Below are positions 18,522 to 30,703 of a stretch of 64,000 nucleotides of DNA, one piece after another. This stretch comes from Spirochaetia bacterium. Its GTDB lineage: Bacteria > Spirochaetota > Spirochaetia > SZUA-6 > Bin103. Where the stretch lies: NCBI GenBank assembly GCA_965203905.1, contig CBDBDQ010000005.1:1568001-1632000 (forward strand), written 5' to 3'. The notes under the pieces are model-generated. The model made no database searches, was not told where the DNA came from, and saw only the letters and a program-made list of their open reading frames with translations. Numbering within the stretch: position 1 is the stretch's first letter; every line of letters begins with the position of its first letter. Made by a program: the position numbers and the translations under genes.

Positions 18522-19529
18522 CTAAAACAGCTCGGCAGCGATGACGCGGCGCAGGAGCACCTCCAGCAGCAGCAGCGCCAGCGCCGCCAGCAGCAGCTCC
18601 ACGTGGAGCGGCTCGCGCAACACGCGCACCCGGGTACGCGCCTCGACCCGTTCCAGGGAGTCGATCTCCCGGAACACCGCGGCCAGGGCGCCGGGTTCGG
18701 CGGCGGCGAAGTAGCGCCCGCCGGTGGTCTCCGCGACGTGCTGCAACAACGCCTCGTCGAAGCGTCCGTGATAGATCCCGCGGTGGGTCAGACCGCTCCG
18801 CGTATCGGTCAGTTCCAACGCGGTCGCGCCGGTTCGACCGACGCCGATGGTGTAGATGCGCACCCCCGTCTCGGCCGCGATGTCGGCGGCGGTCCGGGGC
18901 GATATCTCTCCGGCGTTGTTCTCGCCGTCGGTGAGCAGGATGATCACGCGCCCGGCGGCGGAACTGTCCTGCAGGTGCACCAGCGCAACGGCAATCCCCA
19001 TGCCGATGGCGGTAGCGTCTCCCAAGGTCATCACCCGCAGCCGATCCAGTGCGCCATGCAGCGCCGCACGGTCCAGCGTCTTCGGCACCTGCAGTGCGGC
19101 CCGGCCGCTAAAGCTGACCATGCCGATGGCGTCGTTCTCGCGCCCGGACACGAAGTCGCGAATCACCTCGATGGCGGTCGCGAAACGGCTGGCGTCGCCC
19201 AGGTCGCGGGCCGCCATGCTCGGAGACTCGTCGAGCACGATCATCAGGTCGAGTCCCGGGGTCAGGAACACCCGTTCGCGGTGCAGGCGCACCGGTCCCG
19301 CGGCAGCGACGATCAGGGTGGCGACTGCCAGCCAGAACAGCCAGCGGGCGAGGCGGGCGACCAGACCGCGCGCGCCGTTGGACGGCGCCAGGGGGGCAGC
19401 GCCCCACAGGTGGCAACTGACGGAGAGGACGCCGCCGCGGCCGCGCCGGTAGTGGGCCCAGTAGATGGCGGGAGGAAGCAGGAGCAGAGCGGCCAGCGCC
19501 AACGGCTGTTCAACGCTCCACACGAGCAT
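18522..19529 (-). CDS. batA: vWA domain protein BatA
   Basis: DESPSM, TAIGMG, ILLTDGENNAGEISP, IYTIGVG, TGGRYFAA, IDSLE. Confidence 0.88.
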   Translation of the reverse strand: MLVWSVEQPLALAALLLLPPAIYWAHYRRGRGGVLSVSCHLWGAAPLAPSNGARGLVARLARWLFWLAVATLIVAAAGPVRLHRERVFLTPGLDLMIVLDESPSMAARDLGDASRFATAIEVIRDFVSGRENDAIGMVSFSGRAALQVPKTLDRAALHGALDRLRVMTLGDATAIGMGIAVALVHLQDSSAAGRVIILLTDGENNAGEISPRTAADIAAETGVRIYTIGVGRTGATALELTDTRSGLTHRGIYHGRFDEALLQHVAETTGGRYFAAAEPGALAAVFREIDSLERVEARTRVRVLREPLHVELLLAALALLLLEVLLRRVIAAELF

Positions 19530-20481
19530 CCTCCCCCGCTCCTTCCAGGGCCGCGTCGATTTCCCGCACCAGGGCGATGAGCTGCTCGGACAGGGCCTGC
19601 ATTTCGGCCGCGCTGGAGTGGCGGCCGGCGAACTTCACGCGATCGGCGGTATCCAGGATCGCCGTCAGCTCCGCTCCCAGCGTGGCGTGCAGTCCGTGGC
19701 CGGGCAGCGCGGTCCGCAACTCGCGGGTAGTGCAGGCGTGCGCGGGTATCCGCATGCGCGCCGCCAGATAGTCGCGGCTCAGATGGGCGAGCTGCGCGTA
19801 GAAGGTGACGGTCTCGGCATCCGCGCCGATCGAGCGGGGGGAACTCGCCTGCAGGCGCCGTACCGCGCGCTCCAACCGCGCCCGCGGCAGCCCGCGCTCC
19901 CGTTCCCGGCGCCAGCGGCGCACGCGCCCGGCAAGCAGCAGGCCGCCGCTTACCAGCAGGTAAGGTACTGTGAGCACCGCGGCGGCCGCCCCCAGCAGGA
20001 CGCCTCCGGTCCCAGGAAGGAGGAGCTGCGGACGCGGCGGCCGCAAGACGGGCGCCGCCGCCCGCTCCCCGGACAGCAGCGATGCCGCCTGTACCGGGAT
20101 GTTCTCCAGGCGAAACGCGCCCACGTCTATCGGTGGCAGGGTAAGCACCCCCGGACGGTAGCTGCTGAACCCCACCCGCACCTCCCAGCGGCCGTCCGAA
20201 CGCGGAACGGTGTCCACGCCGTGGACCACCACCCACTCGTCCGGCGCCACCGCCGCCGGCGCGGTGAGTTGCCGGCTGCTGCGCACCACGACGCGTGCGG
20301 TAACACGATCTCCCACGTAGAACCGGGGCGGCTCGAAGGTGAGCTCTTCCACCGTCGCCGGCACCGCTGCACCGCGCCCCGGCGCCTCCGCGCCCTGGGC
20401 ACCGGCGACTCCGATGCCGGCGACCAGCAGCCAGAGGGCGACCGGCAAGCGCCCGCGCGCGGCGTCGCGCTGCGCCGTCAT
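19510..20481 (-). CDS. Bat-operon membrane protein (DUF4381-like)
   Basis: Signal peptide, VGD beta domain, TM, then FYAQLAHLSRDYL...TTREL...ADRVKFA. Confidence 0.7.
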   Translation of the reverse strand: MTAQRDAARGRLPVALWLLVAGIGVAGAQGAEAPGRGAAVPATVEELTFEPPRFYVGDRVTARVVVRSSRQLTAPAAVAPDEWVVVHGVDTVPRSDGRWEVRVGFSSYRPGVLTLPPIDVGAFRLENIPVQAASLLSGERAAAPVLRPPRPQLLLPGTGGVLLGAAAAVLTVPYLLVSGGLLLAGRVRRWRRERERGLPRARLERAVRRLQASSPRSIGADAETVTFYAQLAHLSRDYLAARMRIPAHACTTRELRTALPGHGLHATLGAELTAILDTADRVKFAGRHSSAAEMQALSEQLIALVREIDAALEGAGEDARVER

Positions 20482-21365
20482 GCGCGGTGCGGCGCCGGGC
20501 GGTGCGCGCGGCGGCGGCGAAAGAACGCGGCGAGGGCGGCTCCGGGGTCATCACCGTCGGCGATTTCCAACAGCTCCACCTGGGACCGGCGGCAGCCGTC
20601 GCGGAGCCTGCGGAAGTGGTTCTCCCAGTATTCGCGGTAGCCGCGGCGAAAGCGCCGCGAGGCTCCGGCCGCGTAGATCACGCGACCGCTCTCGGGGTCC
20701 TGCAGCTCGATACCGCCGGTACGCGGGAAGCCGCCGTCCTGCGCTCCGCCCACGCGGATCGCGAGCACCTCGTGACGGCGCCGCAGGGTGATCAACTGGG
20801 GCCAGAATCCGGCGCTCTTGAAATCCGAGATCAACACGCAGGTAGCGCGCCGGTGCAGCAGCTCGAACACCGTGCGCAGCGCCAGCCCCAGGTCGGAGCC
20901 GCGCCCGTGCGGCGCGATCTCCACCACGTCGTTGATCAGCCGCAGCACGTGTCCTCTGCCGCGCCGGGCGGGCAGCCAGCGTTCCTGCCGATCGCTGAAC
21001 AGATACGCGCTTACCGAGTCGCCGGCCTGCTCTACCGCAAGCGCAAGAATGGCCACGATCCAGGCCACCATCAGGTGCTGGCCCGCCGCGCCCTGCACCA
21101 CGGAGGCGGAGACGTCCACCAGCAGCACCAGGTTCAGCTCGCGCTCCTCGCGAAACACCTTGGTGAAGGCGCTGCCCATGCGCGAGGTGACATTCCAGTC
21201 GATCATCCGCACGTCATCGCCGGCGCTGTACTCCCGCACCTCGTCGAACTCCATGCCTTGGCCGCGATACACGCTGCGCTGGCCGCCCGCCAGCAGGCTG
21301 CTGACCAACTGCCCGGCGAACAGCTCCAGGCGCTGCGCCTGGCGCGCGAGTGGGCGGTCGATCAG
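20478..21365 (-). CDS. DUF58 domain protein; start uncertain (CTG 21365 or TTG 21308)
   Basis: GMEFDEVREY..GDDVR.IDWNVTSR, EEREL, DVSAS, LISDF. Confidence 0.88.
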   Translation of the reverse strand: MIDRPLARQAQRLELFAGQLVSSLLAGGQRSVYRGQGMEFDEVREYSAGDDVRMIDWNVTSRMGSAFTKVFREERELNLVLLVDVSASVVQGAAGQHLMVAWIVAILALAVEQAGDSVSAYLFSDRQERWLPARRGRGHVLRLINDVVEIAPHGRGSDLGLALRTVFELLHRRATCVLISDFKSAGFWPQLITLRRRHEVLAIRVGGAQDGGFPRTGGIELQDPESGRVIYAAGASRRFRRGYREYWENHFRRLRDGCRRSQVELLEIADGDDPGAALAAFFRRRRAHRPAPHRA

Positions 21366-21425
21366 GCTGTGATGGGCGTCGGATTCGCGGCTCGGTGACG
21401 CCTGCCGCCGCCGCCGGATACGCGT

Positions 21426-22437
<1,012 letters not shown>

Positions 22438-22457
<20 letters not shown>

Positions 22458-23760
22458 TCTCGCGGACGTACTCGTAGCCCAGGTCGGAGGCCAGGACGCG
22501 CACCGTCTGCTGCTCCTGCGCCGGATACGCGGCGCCGCCGATCTCGATCCCGATCCGTACCACCCGGTCGTGAGGTGGGAACCCGCCGCCGGAGTCGCAG
22601 CGGCACTCCTGCAGGTAGGCGCTCAGGTCGCGTTCCAGGGCCGGATCGATGGTGAAGACGCCGTCGGCGAACACCCGCCGCTGCCCCAGGGTGATGGCGA
22701 GGTTGCGGGCGCCGATGTGGCGCAGGTCGTGACGGCTGCCGAGGTAGTCGCCGGTGGCACTGGCGATGCGGCCCACGTTGGGGTCATTGCCGTATACCGC
22801 GGTCTTCACCAGTGGCGAATTGGCCACCGCCTTGGCCACCGCCACCGCATCCTGCTCCTGCAGGCGCGAGGTCACGGCTACCTCGATCACGTGGCGGGTA
22901 CCCTCGCCGTTGCGGACGATGTCGCCTGCCAGCTCGGAGCAGACCTGCTGCAGGGCAGCGCGCAACCCGGACGCGGCGGCGCTGCCGGGGGCCCGCTCGC
23001 GGGAACTGAGCAGCACCACCATGTCGCTGGTGCTCTGGTCGCCGTCCACGGAAATGCGGTTGAAGGAGCGGTGTGCCGCGCGCCGGAGTTCGCGCTGCAA
23101 CTCCGCGGCGCTGGCCGGAGCATCGGTGACGATGAACGCCAGCATGGTGGCGAGGTTGGGCTCGATCATCCCCGCTCCCTTGGCGATCCCGAGCACGCGG
23201 TGGCCGGACCGGGTCTGTGCGCTGCGCAGCTTGGGGTAGGCGTCGGTGGTCATGATCGCGCGCGCCACCGCCAGCGGGGTCGCCGAGTCGAGGCTGGAGG
23301 CCAGGTCGGTGGCGGCGGCTCCCAGCGCGGCAACCGGAAGCTGCCAGCCGATCACGCCGGTAGAGGCGGGCAGCAGTTCCCCCGGCGGCACCCCGAGGGC
23401 GGCTCCTGCCTGGTCCAGCAAGGCGCGCGCGGCGGCCACGCCGTCGGGAGCGCACACGTTGGCCACCTTGTTGTTGATCAGGATGCCGCGTACCGGCCGC
23501 CCGCGATGGCTGCGCACGATCTCCACCGGTGCGCCGGTGACGCGATTGCGGGTCAGCACCGCGGCCCAGGCACGGCTCGCGGCCGGGGCCAGGATCGCCG
23601 CCAGATTGATCGGCAGCGCACTGCCGGCGGTGCCCAGCTCGACGGGGGTGAAGTGGGTGGCGGCAACCGCAAAGCGGAATCCCCGTGGGACCAGGGCACG
23701 CTCCTCAAGGGCCTGGTGATAACCGTCCGCCGTACTGTAGATCTCCCGCGTATCTGCCAC
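22438..23760 (-). CDS. argJ: Glutamate N-acetyltransferase / ornithine acetyltransferase
   Basis: STGVIG, IMTTD, KGAGMIEPNLATML, DGDQSTSD, GEG, SPLVKTA.YG.DPN.GRI, YVRENADY. Confidence 0.93.
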
Positions 23761-23949
23761 CGTCACCTTATAGTACGGCGCGGCGTGGAAACACAACTCT
23801 ACGCAACGCTATTTGCTTCGTACCAATGGCGCCGTGTCGGTCACGGCACTTCCCATCGCGCAGGGGCCCGGACTCCCCAGCGCCCCGCTTGACGCGTCAT
23901 ACAGACGCGGAGACACTACCACGGTACCTGCAAGACGGGACAACTCGTT

Positions 23950-25059
23950 ATGCTCAAGAGATTCTACGCCGACAATTTTCGCTGTCTCATCAATTTCGAA
24001 CTCAAGCTCGACGCAGCGAACGTGTTCCTCGGCGTCAACGGCACCGGCAAGACGTCAGTGCTGACAGTGCTGCGGAAGCTCCAACATCTGATTGTGCGCG
24101 GTGGTAGAAGCGACGACGTGTTTCCGACACGCGATCTGACATTGGGCCAGAGTCGTAAAGAACAACGTTTCGAACTCGAAACCAGTGTCGACGAGCACAC
24201 GTTTGCTTACGGTTTAACCGTCGACCAAGATCCGGCCACAAAGCGAATGCGCATCATTGAAGAGACCCTTGAGCACGACGGTCGACCGATCTTCGAATTC
24301 CAAAACGGCTCAGCACAATTCTATGATGACGCCTATGAAAAGGGTCCCAAGTATCCGTCCGATTGGAATCTGTCTGGAGTTGGTGCGTTGAACGAGCGGC
24401 CAGACAACAAGAAACTCACCAAGTTTAAGAACGACATTGGAAACTATATCATCGTCGGCATTTGCCCTCCGCTGATCAGAGCAGAAACGAGAGAAGAGGA
24501 TGAATTTCTGGATCCATTAATGGAGAATTTTGTTGGTTGGTATCGTCATTATTCTCAGGAAAACATGGGTTCAGTCGGAAGACTGTTCGACTCACTCCGC
24601 GTGTCTCTTCCGAACTTCGATTCAATACGGCTCAGGGAATCGGGAGAGAACTCACGCGCTCTCAAAGCCGTGTTTCGCAGTACATCCAAGAACCCGGTCG
24701 AGTACGGACTACATCAGCTCTCAGACGGTCAGCGCGCGTTGATCGCCCTGTACAGTCTGATCGTGCTTACCGACGACCGCCGCGTGTCGCTGTTCATCGA
24801 CGAACCTGACAACTATGTCGCTTTGCGGGAAATACAACCGTGGCTCTCGCGGGCCATTGAGGGAGAGGATTCCGACACCCGATTGGAACAGATCGTAGTC
24901 GTATCCCATCATCCAATTACTTTAGACTATATGGCAGGCGCTCACGGACGGTGGTTCTTTCGTGATGGCGACGGGCCAGTGCGCGTAACTGAAGAAGCCA
25001 AGGTTGCCAGCGGCGGACTGAAGGTTTCCGATATCTTGGCTCGCGGTTGGGAGCAGTGA
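23950..25059 (+). CDS. AAA_21/ABC-type ATPase (AbiEii/OLD-like), low GC
   Basis: NFRCL, Walker A GVNGTGKT, signature LSDGQR, Walker B/D-loop FIDEPDN, H-loop VSHHP. Confidence 0.85.
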   Translation: MLKRFYADNFRCLINFELKLDAANVFLGVNGTGKTSVLTVLRKLQHLIVRGGRSDDVFPTRDLTLGQSRKEQRFELETSVDEHTFAYGLTVDQDPATKRMRIIEETLEHDGRPIFEFQNGSAQFYDDAYEKGPKYPSDWNLSGVGALNERPDNKKLTKFKNDIGNYIIVGICPPLIRAETREEDEFLDPLMENFVGWYRHYSQENMGSVGRLFDSLRVSLPNFDSIRLRESGENSRALKAVFRSTSKNPVEYGLHQLSDGQRALIALYSLIVLTDDRRVSLFIDEPDNYVALREIQPWLSRAIEGEDSDTRLEQIVVVSHHPITLDYMAGAHGRWFFRDGDGPVRVTEEAKVASGGLKVSDILARGWEQ

Positions 25060-25607
25060 GCGCCCGCGTCGTACTGCTCTGCGAGGACGCGCGAACCAGC
25101 ACTTTCGTAAGAAGGTTTCTGTGGCACCGGAACCTTCGAGGCCGGGATATTCTCACACTTCCACTTCCTTCCGACAGGGGATCTGGTGAACAGTGGGTTC
25201 GAGAGCAGTTTCCTGTCCAGTTGCAGGCTATTCGTAACAGACGGCGTGCAGTTCTCGTCGTAGTCACGGATGCGGATATGAATAGAACAGCCGGACGACG
25301 AACACAGTTGGACCGGCAGTGTGTCCACGCCAGCGTCACGCGTAGACGACCGAACGACCCGGTAGCCGTCGTGGTCCCACGGCGGAATATCGAAACCTGG
25401 TTTCACTTTCTGGAAACTGCCGAAGCTGTAGACGAGACTCATGACTACAAACCCGGGGCTCGCCGGCTAAGAACCCCTGATATTCGTCGACTTGCAGACA
25501 AATTATACGGCATGTGTCACGACGCACAACGACTGATCGGCACCGCGCCACCGTCGCTTACAGAATCGTGTAGCGAGTACCCTACAATCACTCAATTCAT
25601 TCGTTGA
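25056..25607 (+). CDS. TOPRIM-like partner of the ATPase (DUF4276/RloB-like)
   Basis: VVLLCED, GSGE, VVVTDAD (DxD), PRRNIETW; GTGA overlap with the ATPase stop. Confidence 0.6.
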   Translation: MSARVVLLCEDARTSTFVRRFLWHRNLRGRDILTLPLPSDRGSGEQWVREQFPVQLQAIRNRRRAVLVVVTDADMNRTAGRRTQLDRQCVHASVTRRRPNDPVAVVVPRRNIETWFHFLETAEAVDETHDYKPGARRLRTPDIRRLADKLYGMCHDAQRLIGTAPPSLTESCSEYPTITQFIR

Positions 25608-25679
25608 GTTGAGTGCCGCGTTCAGCGTGCTCGTTACTACAGGAATCTGCCGCGGCGCCGACCCTAATAGCAGACAGCG

Positions 25680-26507
25680 ATGATGAGCCCGGAATTCGCC
25701 GCCGCCGTGGCTGCGACGGCCGGCGTGCTGGTGACGCTGATCGTCATGGTGGCGGTGCGCGGCCGCGGCGGCGGCGCCACGTTGCGCCGGCGCGTGGAGC
25801 AGCTCGACGAGCTGTCTCGGCGTCTGATGCGTTTCGAGCAGGCGCTCACCGTCCCGCGCCAGCGCGGCACGTACGGCGAGCGGTTGCTGGAGGAACTGCT
25901 GGGAACCTGGCTTCCCCGATCCAGCTATGCCACCCAGGTCACCCTGCCGGACGGCGCGCGGGTCGACGCCATGGTCAGGCTCGGCCAGCGGTCGGTAGCG
26001 ATCGACGCCAAGTTCCCGTTCGAGACGATAGAGAAACTGGACCCCGAGGAGCCGCTGACGAAAGCCGCCGAACGCGCCATCGCCCGCCACGTGGCGGCGG
26101 TGGGAGACAAGTACGTGGTACCGGACGCCGGCACCTACAACTTCGCGCTGTTGTACGTGCCCAGCGATGCCCTCTATCTGCGCTGCTTTGCCGGCTCCTC
26201 GGACCTGCTGGGGAAAGCTCTGCAGCGGCGCGTCGTGCCGGTCGGCCCCTCCGGGCTGTACCTGTACCTGCACACCGTCGGCCACGCGCTGCGCGGGGTG
26301 CGCCTGGCCGCGGCCGGCCTGGAGCTGGCCGACACGCTGCAGCGGGCGCGCGACGAGGTCGCCGCATTGCTGGAGGCGACCCAGCGCTCGGAGAGCCAGC
26401 TACTGCAGCTCGGCCGCGGCCACGCTGCCCTCCGTACCGGGCTGCGCAGCCTCGACGCCGCCCTGGAACGGCTCGCCGGCGGCACCGGCGGCGAGGACCA
26501 CTACTAA
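25680..26507 (+). CDS. rmuC: DNA recombination protein RmuC family
   Basis: N-terminal TM, RGTYGERLLE, YATQ, RVDA.V, IDAKFP, KYV, FALLYVPSD, GPS. Confidence 0.85.
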   Translation: MMSPEFAAAVAATAGVLVTLIVMVAVRGRGGGATLRRRVEQLDELSRRLMRFEQALTVPRQRGTYGERLLEELLGTWLPRSSYATQVTLPDGARVDAMVRLGQRSVAIDAKFPFETIEKLDPEEPLTKAAERAIARHVAAVGDKYVVPDAGTYNFALLYVPSDALYLRCFAGSSDLLGKALQRRVVPVGPSGLYLYLHTVGHALRGVRLAAAGLELADTLQRARDEVAALLEATQRSESQLLQLGRGHAALRTGLRSLDAALERLAGGTGGEDHY

Positions 26508-26809
26508 AGGCGAAGGAGCGGTATCGGGGCACTGGCGCTGCGGAGGATGGAGATCCAGCTCCAGGCGCAGCGGCCGATGATCCGCATGCTCATCCGCATG
26601 TGGAAGAGTGGCTGCGGCGGCAGGCACGTGCGCAGCGGCCAGTGCATGAGGCTGGGACGTAGCGAAGCGACCGGAGACGCGGCCGGCTCTATCGGCAGAG
26701 GAGGCGGCCGCGAACCGGAGACGACTGACCGGGAACTGACTGCCGCCCTGCGGCAACCGTCGCCGCCGACGTGGCGGAGGACTGGAACCGCTGCCCAGGA
26801 TGGAGGCCG

Positions 26810-27937
26810 TTACTCCCGGGCTGGCGGCCGCCCGGACTTGTTGGGCAGAACCGCGCGTACGGCCTTGAGGTAGGGACGGCTCACCGGGACCTCGCGATCG
26901 CCGGTAAGGTGCAGTCGGACCCGTCCCTCACGCCGCACCAGGCGGTTCATGTGGGTGTACGAAGCCCAGTAGGAGCGGTGAATCTGCATCCCCAGACCAC
27001 CGAGCGCATCGACCGCGTCCGCGAGGCGCATGAGAATCACGTCGGAACCGTCGCTGGTGATCACGTCCAAATAGTGGCCGGAGACCTTGAGATATACGAT
27101 GTCCCGGCCTACCTCCGCGGACAGGCGCTTGAAGAACTGCGAGTGCTGATGGGAGACGGCCTGGCGCCTGGTATCCGGCGCCGCGGTGCCGGTGCCTTTC
27201 GCATGGCGCGCGGTGGCTGGCGGCTCCGTGGGAACTGGCGCCGGATTCTCCGCTGCGGCAGGATCTGGCGCGCGGTCTGACGGGTGGCTGGCCGGGTCGG
27301 GTTGGGCGCCTCCCTGTTCCGCGATCTCGTTCGCGGCAGTGGATGACTGAAGAGAGCGCGCGCCGGTAGTGGCACCGGCGACCTGATCGGGAGCAACATC
27401 GGCGGCAGCATGGCCGGCAGTGGCCGCCATGGCGCCGTCTTCCATAGTCCGTGGCAGCATCCGTCTGAGGCGCAGGCACAGCACGTAGTAACCGAGAGCC
27501 GTTGCAATCCACAAGTCCAGAGCGCACACGAGGTATATCGATGGCAAACTCTCGTCAGGGGGCCGGCCCGCGTGGAACAGCCCGTACACGGTGTAAGCGA
27601 TAGCTGCGCAGGGAGCGGCCACAACCAGCGATGTGGCGCTGAGTGCCAGCGCAATCTGCCGTGGCCGGAGGTTGCGGGCGACGTAGAGGGTCAACACCGC
27701 GGCGGCATAGCAGATGGGTATCTGCACGGCGCCACACAAGCCGAAGTAGCCCAGGCGTTGGATCGGGGTGAGCGAGTCTCTGGTGGCAAGCGGTCCGTGC
27801 AACGTGAACAACACAGAGAGGACGGCGAAGATCGCGATCACCAGCCGGACCATGGCCGGCGCGACCGACTCTCGATACGCGAGTTGCATATCGAGTTCGT
27901 TTACGATCGTCGATTCGTTTCGAGGGAGATAGGCCAT
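26810..27937 (-). CDS. Membrane-anchored LytTR family regulator
   Basis: About four TM segments, Pro/Ala linker, LytTR domain IVYLKVSGHYLDV...QIHRSYW...VPVSRPY. Confidence 0.85.
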   Translation of the reverse strand: MAYLPRNESTIVNELDMQLAYRESVAPAMVRLVIAIFAVLSVLFTLHGPLATRDSLTPIQRLGYFGLCGAVQIPICYAAAVLTLYVARNLRPRQIALALSATSLVVAAPCAAIAYTVYGLFHAGRPPDESLPSIYLVCALDLWIATALGYYVLCLRLRRMLPRTMEDGAMAATAGHAAADVAPDQVAGATTGARSLQSSTAANEIAEQGGAQPDPASHPSDRAPDPAAAENPAPVPTEPPATARHAKGTGTAAPDTRRQAVSHQHSQFFKRLSAEVGRDIVYLKVSGHYLDVITSDGSDVILMRLADAVDALGGLGMQIHRSYWASYTHMNRLVRREGRVRLHLTGDREVPVSRPYLKAVRAVLPNKSGRPPARE

Positions 27938-28249
27938 TCGGGAAGCTGCCAATTCAGGATCCGAGTTACCCGGGAAACTGATACGTCGTCCAGGAAGAAC
28001 GATGCAATCCGCGCACAATCTGGGTCATTCGTGCCCTCCTTCGTTCGTAACAGCTACAGTTTTTATTGTACTTTGGAACAGAGAGTCAAGTGCTTCATGA
28101 AGGCCGCGAGACGGTGATTCTCCCTTGCTTCGTGACACCCGTAAACATGAGTGATATTGAAGGGCCACGCATGCCCTTGTGGCCGATCGCGAGGATACCG
28201 CCTACGCTACCCATGAGCGCAGTACAACGCCGGTGCGCTGATTCCCACG

Positions 28250-28894
28250 CTACGCGCGTCGGCGGGCGGTGGCGTAGTGGATGCTCTTGCCGAGGGCGGT
28301 GAGGCGGGGGCCGTAGCGTGACAGCTCGGCGTCGGCGTAGGCCGGGACCCGCTGCGGGTCGCGATCCAGCTCCAGGTCCGGCTGCAACAACAGCAGGACG
28401 ACGACCTGCAGGTAATAGTCGAAGAAATCGGTCGCCAGATAGAGACTGCCACCCGGCCGCAGCAGGCGCACCAGGTCCTCTATCACCCCCTTGCGCAGCA
28501 GCCTGCGCCGCCGGTGGCGCCGCTTCGGCCACGGGTCCGGAAAGTAGACGTGCACGGCGCTCAGCGAGGACGGGGCCAGCCGCGCCAGCACTGCCTCGGC
28601 CCGGGCGCGCATGATGACCCCGTTGCCGGTCCCCGCTCGGCCCAGCTTGCGGGCCGCCTTGCGACAGCGCTCAAGCTTGATCTCGGTACCGATCACCAGG
28701 GTGTCGCGGTGCGCTGCGCAGTAGGCGGCCAGGAAGGTGCCGCTGCCGCTGCCGATCTCCAACTCCACCCGCGGCGCCCGCGCCGCCAGCGGCAGCAGGC
28801 GCGGCAGATCGGCTTCCGACCACACCTCAGCGGCGACGGGGCCAGGCGACCATTCCGCCCCCGGGCGGCCACCGGCGCAGTCCGGGCAGGTCAT
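28250..28894 (-). CDS. trmB: tRNA (guanine-N7) methyltransferase
   Basis: [32 protein letters not shown]. Confidence 0.92.
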   Translation of the reverse strand: MTCPDCAGGRPGAEWSPGPVAAEVWSEADLPRLLPLAARAPRVELEIGSGSGTFLAAYCAAHRDTLVIGTEIKLERCRKAARKLGRAGTGNGVIMRARAEAVLARLAPSSLSAVHVYFPDPWPKRRHRRRRLLRKGVIEDLVRLLRPGGSLYLATDFFDYYLQVVVLLLLQPDLELDRDPQRVPAYADAELSRYGPRLTALGKSIHYATARRRA

Positions 28895-28951
28895 GCTAAG
28901 GACGTCCGGCGGCCCGTGCGCGGCGCCGGACCGCCCGCCGCAGATCGCGGC

Positions 28952-29563
28952 TCAGCTCTTGCTGCGGGCGAAGTCCACCGTGATTCGGCGGCCCTTGAAG
29001 CTGGTGCCGGAGAGTGCGGCGATCGTCTCCTCCGCCACGCCTTCCGGCACCTCGATGAACGAGTAGCTGTCGAGTATCCGGATGGCGCCGAACTCTGATC
29101 GCTCGACCGGCACCGAGGCGCTGATCAGGGAGGTGAGATCCTCGGGCCGCACCCGGCGGTTGCGCCCCACGCTCACGAACAGGCGGCGCAGTCCATTGGC
29201 GGCGGGTGCGGGCTCAGCTTCGCGGCGCCGGCGCCGCGGTGCCTCGGCGCGCCGCTCTTGAGGGCGCGGCCCGGGAGTGGGCGGCGCAGCGGTGCGCGGC
29301 GCAGGGGTGCGTGGCACAGAGGTGCGCGGCGCAGAGGTGCGCGGCGCAGGAGCGCGCGCCGCCGGGGAGGTGCTCTCACGTGCGACGAGGGCCTTGATCA
29401 TGTACGCCACCAGGTAGCCGCGCAAGTTGAATGGGACGTGTTTCTTGAACAGTGCGCGGTAGACCTTCAGTTCGTCGGGGTCCTCATCCTCGCGAACCGC
29501 GTGCACCATGCGCTCCAGGGCGGAGCCGATATCCTCGGACGGAATTTCAGTGACTTTCAACAT
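28952..29563 (-). CDS. Stand-alone DbpA RNA-binding domain protein
   Basis: LFVSVGRNRRV...IRILDSYSFIEV...FKGRRITV; N-terminus EDPDELKVYRALFKKHVPF; APRT-repeat linker. Confidence 0.85.
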   Translation of the reverse strand: MLKVTEIPSEDIGSALERMVHAVREDEDPDELKVYRALFKKHVPFNLRGYLVAYMIKALVARESTSPAARAPAPRTSAPRTSVPRTPAPRTAAPPTPGPRPQERRAEAPRRRRREAEPAPAANGLRRLFVSVGRNRRVRPEDLTSLISASVPVERSEFGAIRILDSYSFIEVPEGVAEETIAALSGTSFKGRRITVDFARSKS

Positions 29564-29635
29564 GCGTTCCGGCCCCGAGTATAGCACGCTGCGGGCGTTC
29601 CCGGTATGCTCTGCGTTCGACAGAGGGGAGGCAGC

Positions 29636-30652
29636 ATGAAAGTCTACTACGAAGATGACATAGAGCGCCAGTGGATCGCAGACAAGAAGGTGGCGGTGAT
29701 CGGCTACGGCAGCCAGGGGTTCGCGCATGCGAACAATCTGCGTGACTCGGGCGTGGAGGTCGCCGTTGGGCTGCGTCCGGACAGCGCCAGTGCCGCCAAG
29801 GTACGGGAGACCGGGATCCCGGTGCTGGAGACCGCCGCTGCGGCGGCCTGGGCCGACGCCATCATGGTGCTGGTGCCCGATCATCTCCAGGCGGAGATCT
29901 ACGAGCGCGATCTCAGGCCGGGACTGGCGGCCGGCAACAACCTGATGTTCGCCCACGGCTTCAACATCCACTTCGGATTGATCGAGCCGGATCCGGAGGT
30001 CGACGTGACCATGGTCGCTCCCAAGGGCCCCGGCCACACCGTGCGCCGCCAGTACGAACTGGGATATGGCGTGCCGTGCCTGGTGGCGGTGGCCAACGAC
30101 GCCTCCGGAAACGGCAAGAACCTCGCTCTCGCCTACGCCGCCGCCATCGGCGGGGCGCGCGCCGGCGTGATCGAGACCAACTTCCGCGAGGAGACCGAGA
30201 CCGACCTGTTCGGCGAGCAGTCGGTGCTGTGCGGCGGCCTGACCCACCTGATGCAGGCAGGGTACGAAACCCTCGTGGAGGCCGGCTACGCGCCGGAGAT
30301 GGCCTACTTCGAGACCATCCACGAGGTGAAGCTGATCGTCGACCTGATTTACGAGGGCGGCATGTCGCTGATGCGCTACTCCGTGTCCGACACCGCCGAG
30401 TTCGGCGACTACGTGTCCGGTGCGCGGCTCATCGACGACCGCATCAAGGCGGAGATGAAGAAGATCCTGGCGGAAGTCCAGGATGGCAGCTTCGCGCGCC
30501 GCTGGATGGAGGAAAACCGCGCCGGCCGCGAGGGGTTCCTCAAGATGCGGTCGCAGCACGCCGGCCACCAGCTCGAGGAGATCGGCGCCGAGCTGCGCGC
30601 CATGATGCCGTGGATCGCCAAGGAGCGTCTGGTCGACAAGTCCAGGAACTGA
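29636..30652 (+). CDS. ilvC: Ketol-acid reductoisomerase
   Basis: [57 protein letters not shown]. Confidence 0.97.
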   Translation: MKVYYEDDIERQWIADKKVAVIGYGSQGFAHANNLRDSGVEVAVGLRPDSASAAKVRETGIPVLETAAAAAWADAIMVLVPDHLQAEIYERDLRPGLAAGNNLMFAHGFNIHFGLIEPDPEVDVTMVAPKGPGHTVRRQYELGYGVPCLVAVANDASGNGKNLALAYAAAIGGARAGVIETNFREETETDLFGEQSVLCGGLTHLMQAGYETLVEAGYAPEMAYFETIHEVKLIVDLIYEGGMSLMRYSVSDTAEFGDYVSGARLIDDRIKAEMKKILAEVQDGSFARRWMEENRAGREGFLKMRSQHAGHQLEEIGAELRAMMPWIAKERLVDKSRN

Positions 30653-30703
30653 GCGCATTGGGGGAGCAACGCCCGGCGCTGTTCAGCGCCGCCCGCCGCG
30701 CCT

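Noticed and set aside
29280-29350. 15-bp degenerate tandem repeat
   Set aside because: Encodes the APRT low-complexity linker of the DbpA-domain protein
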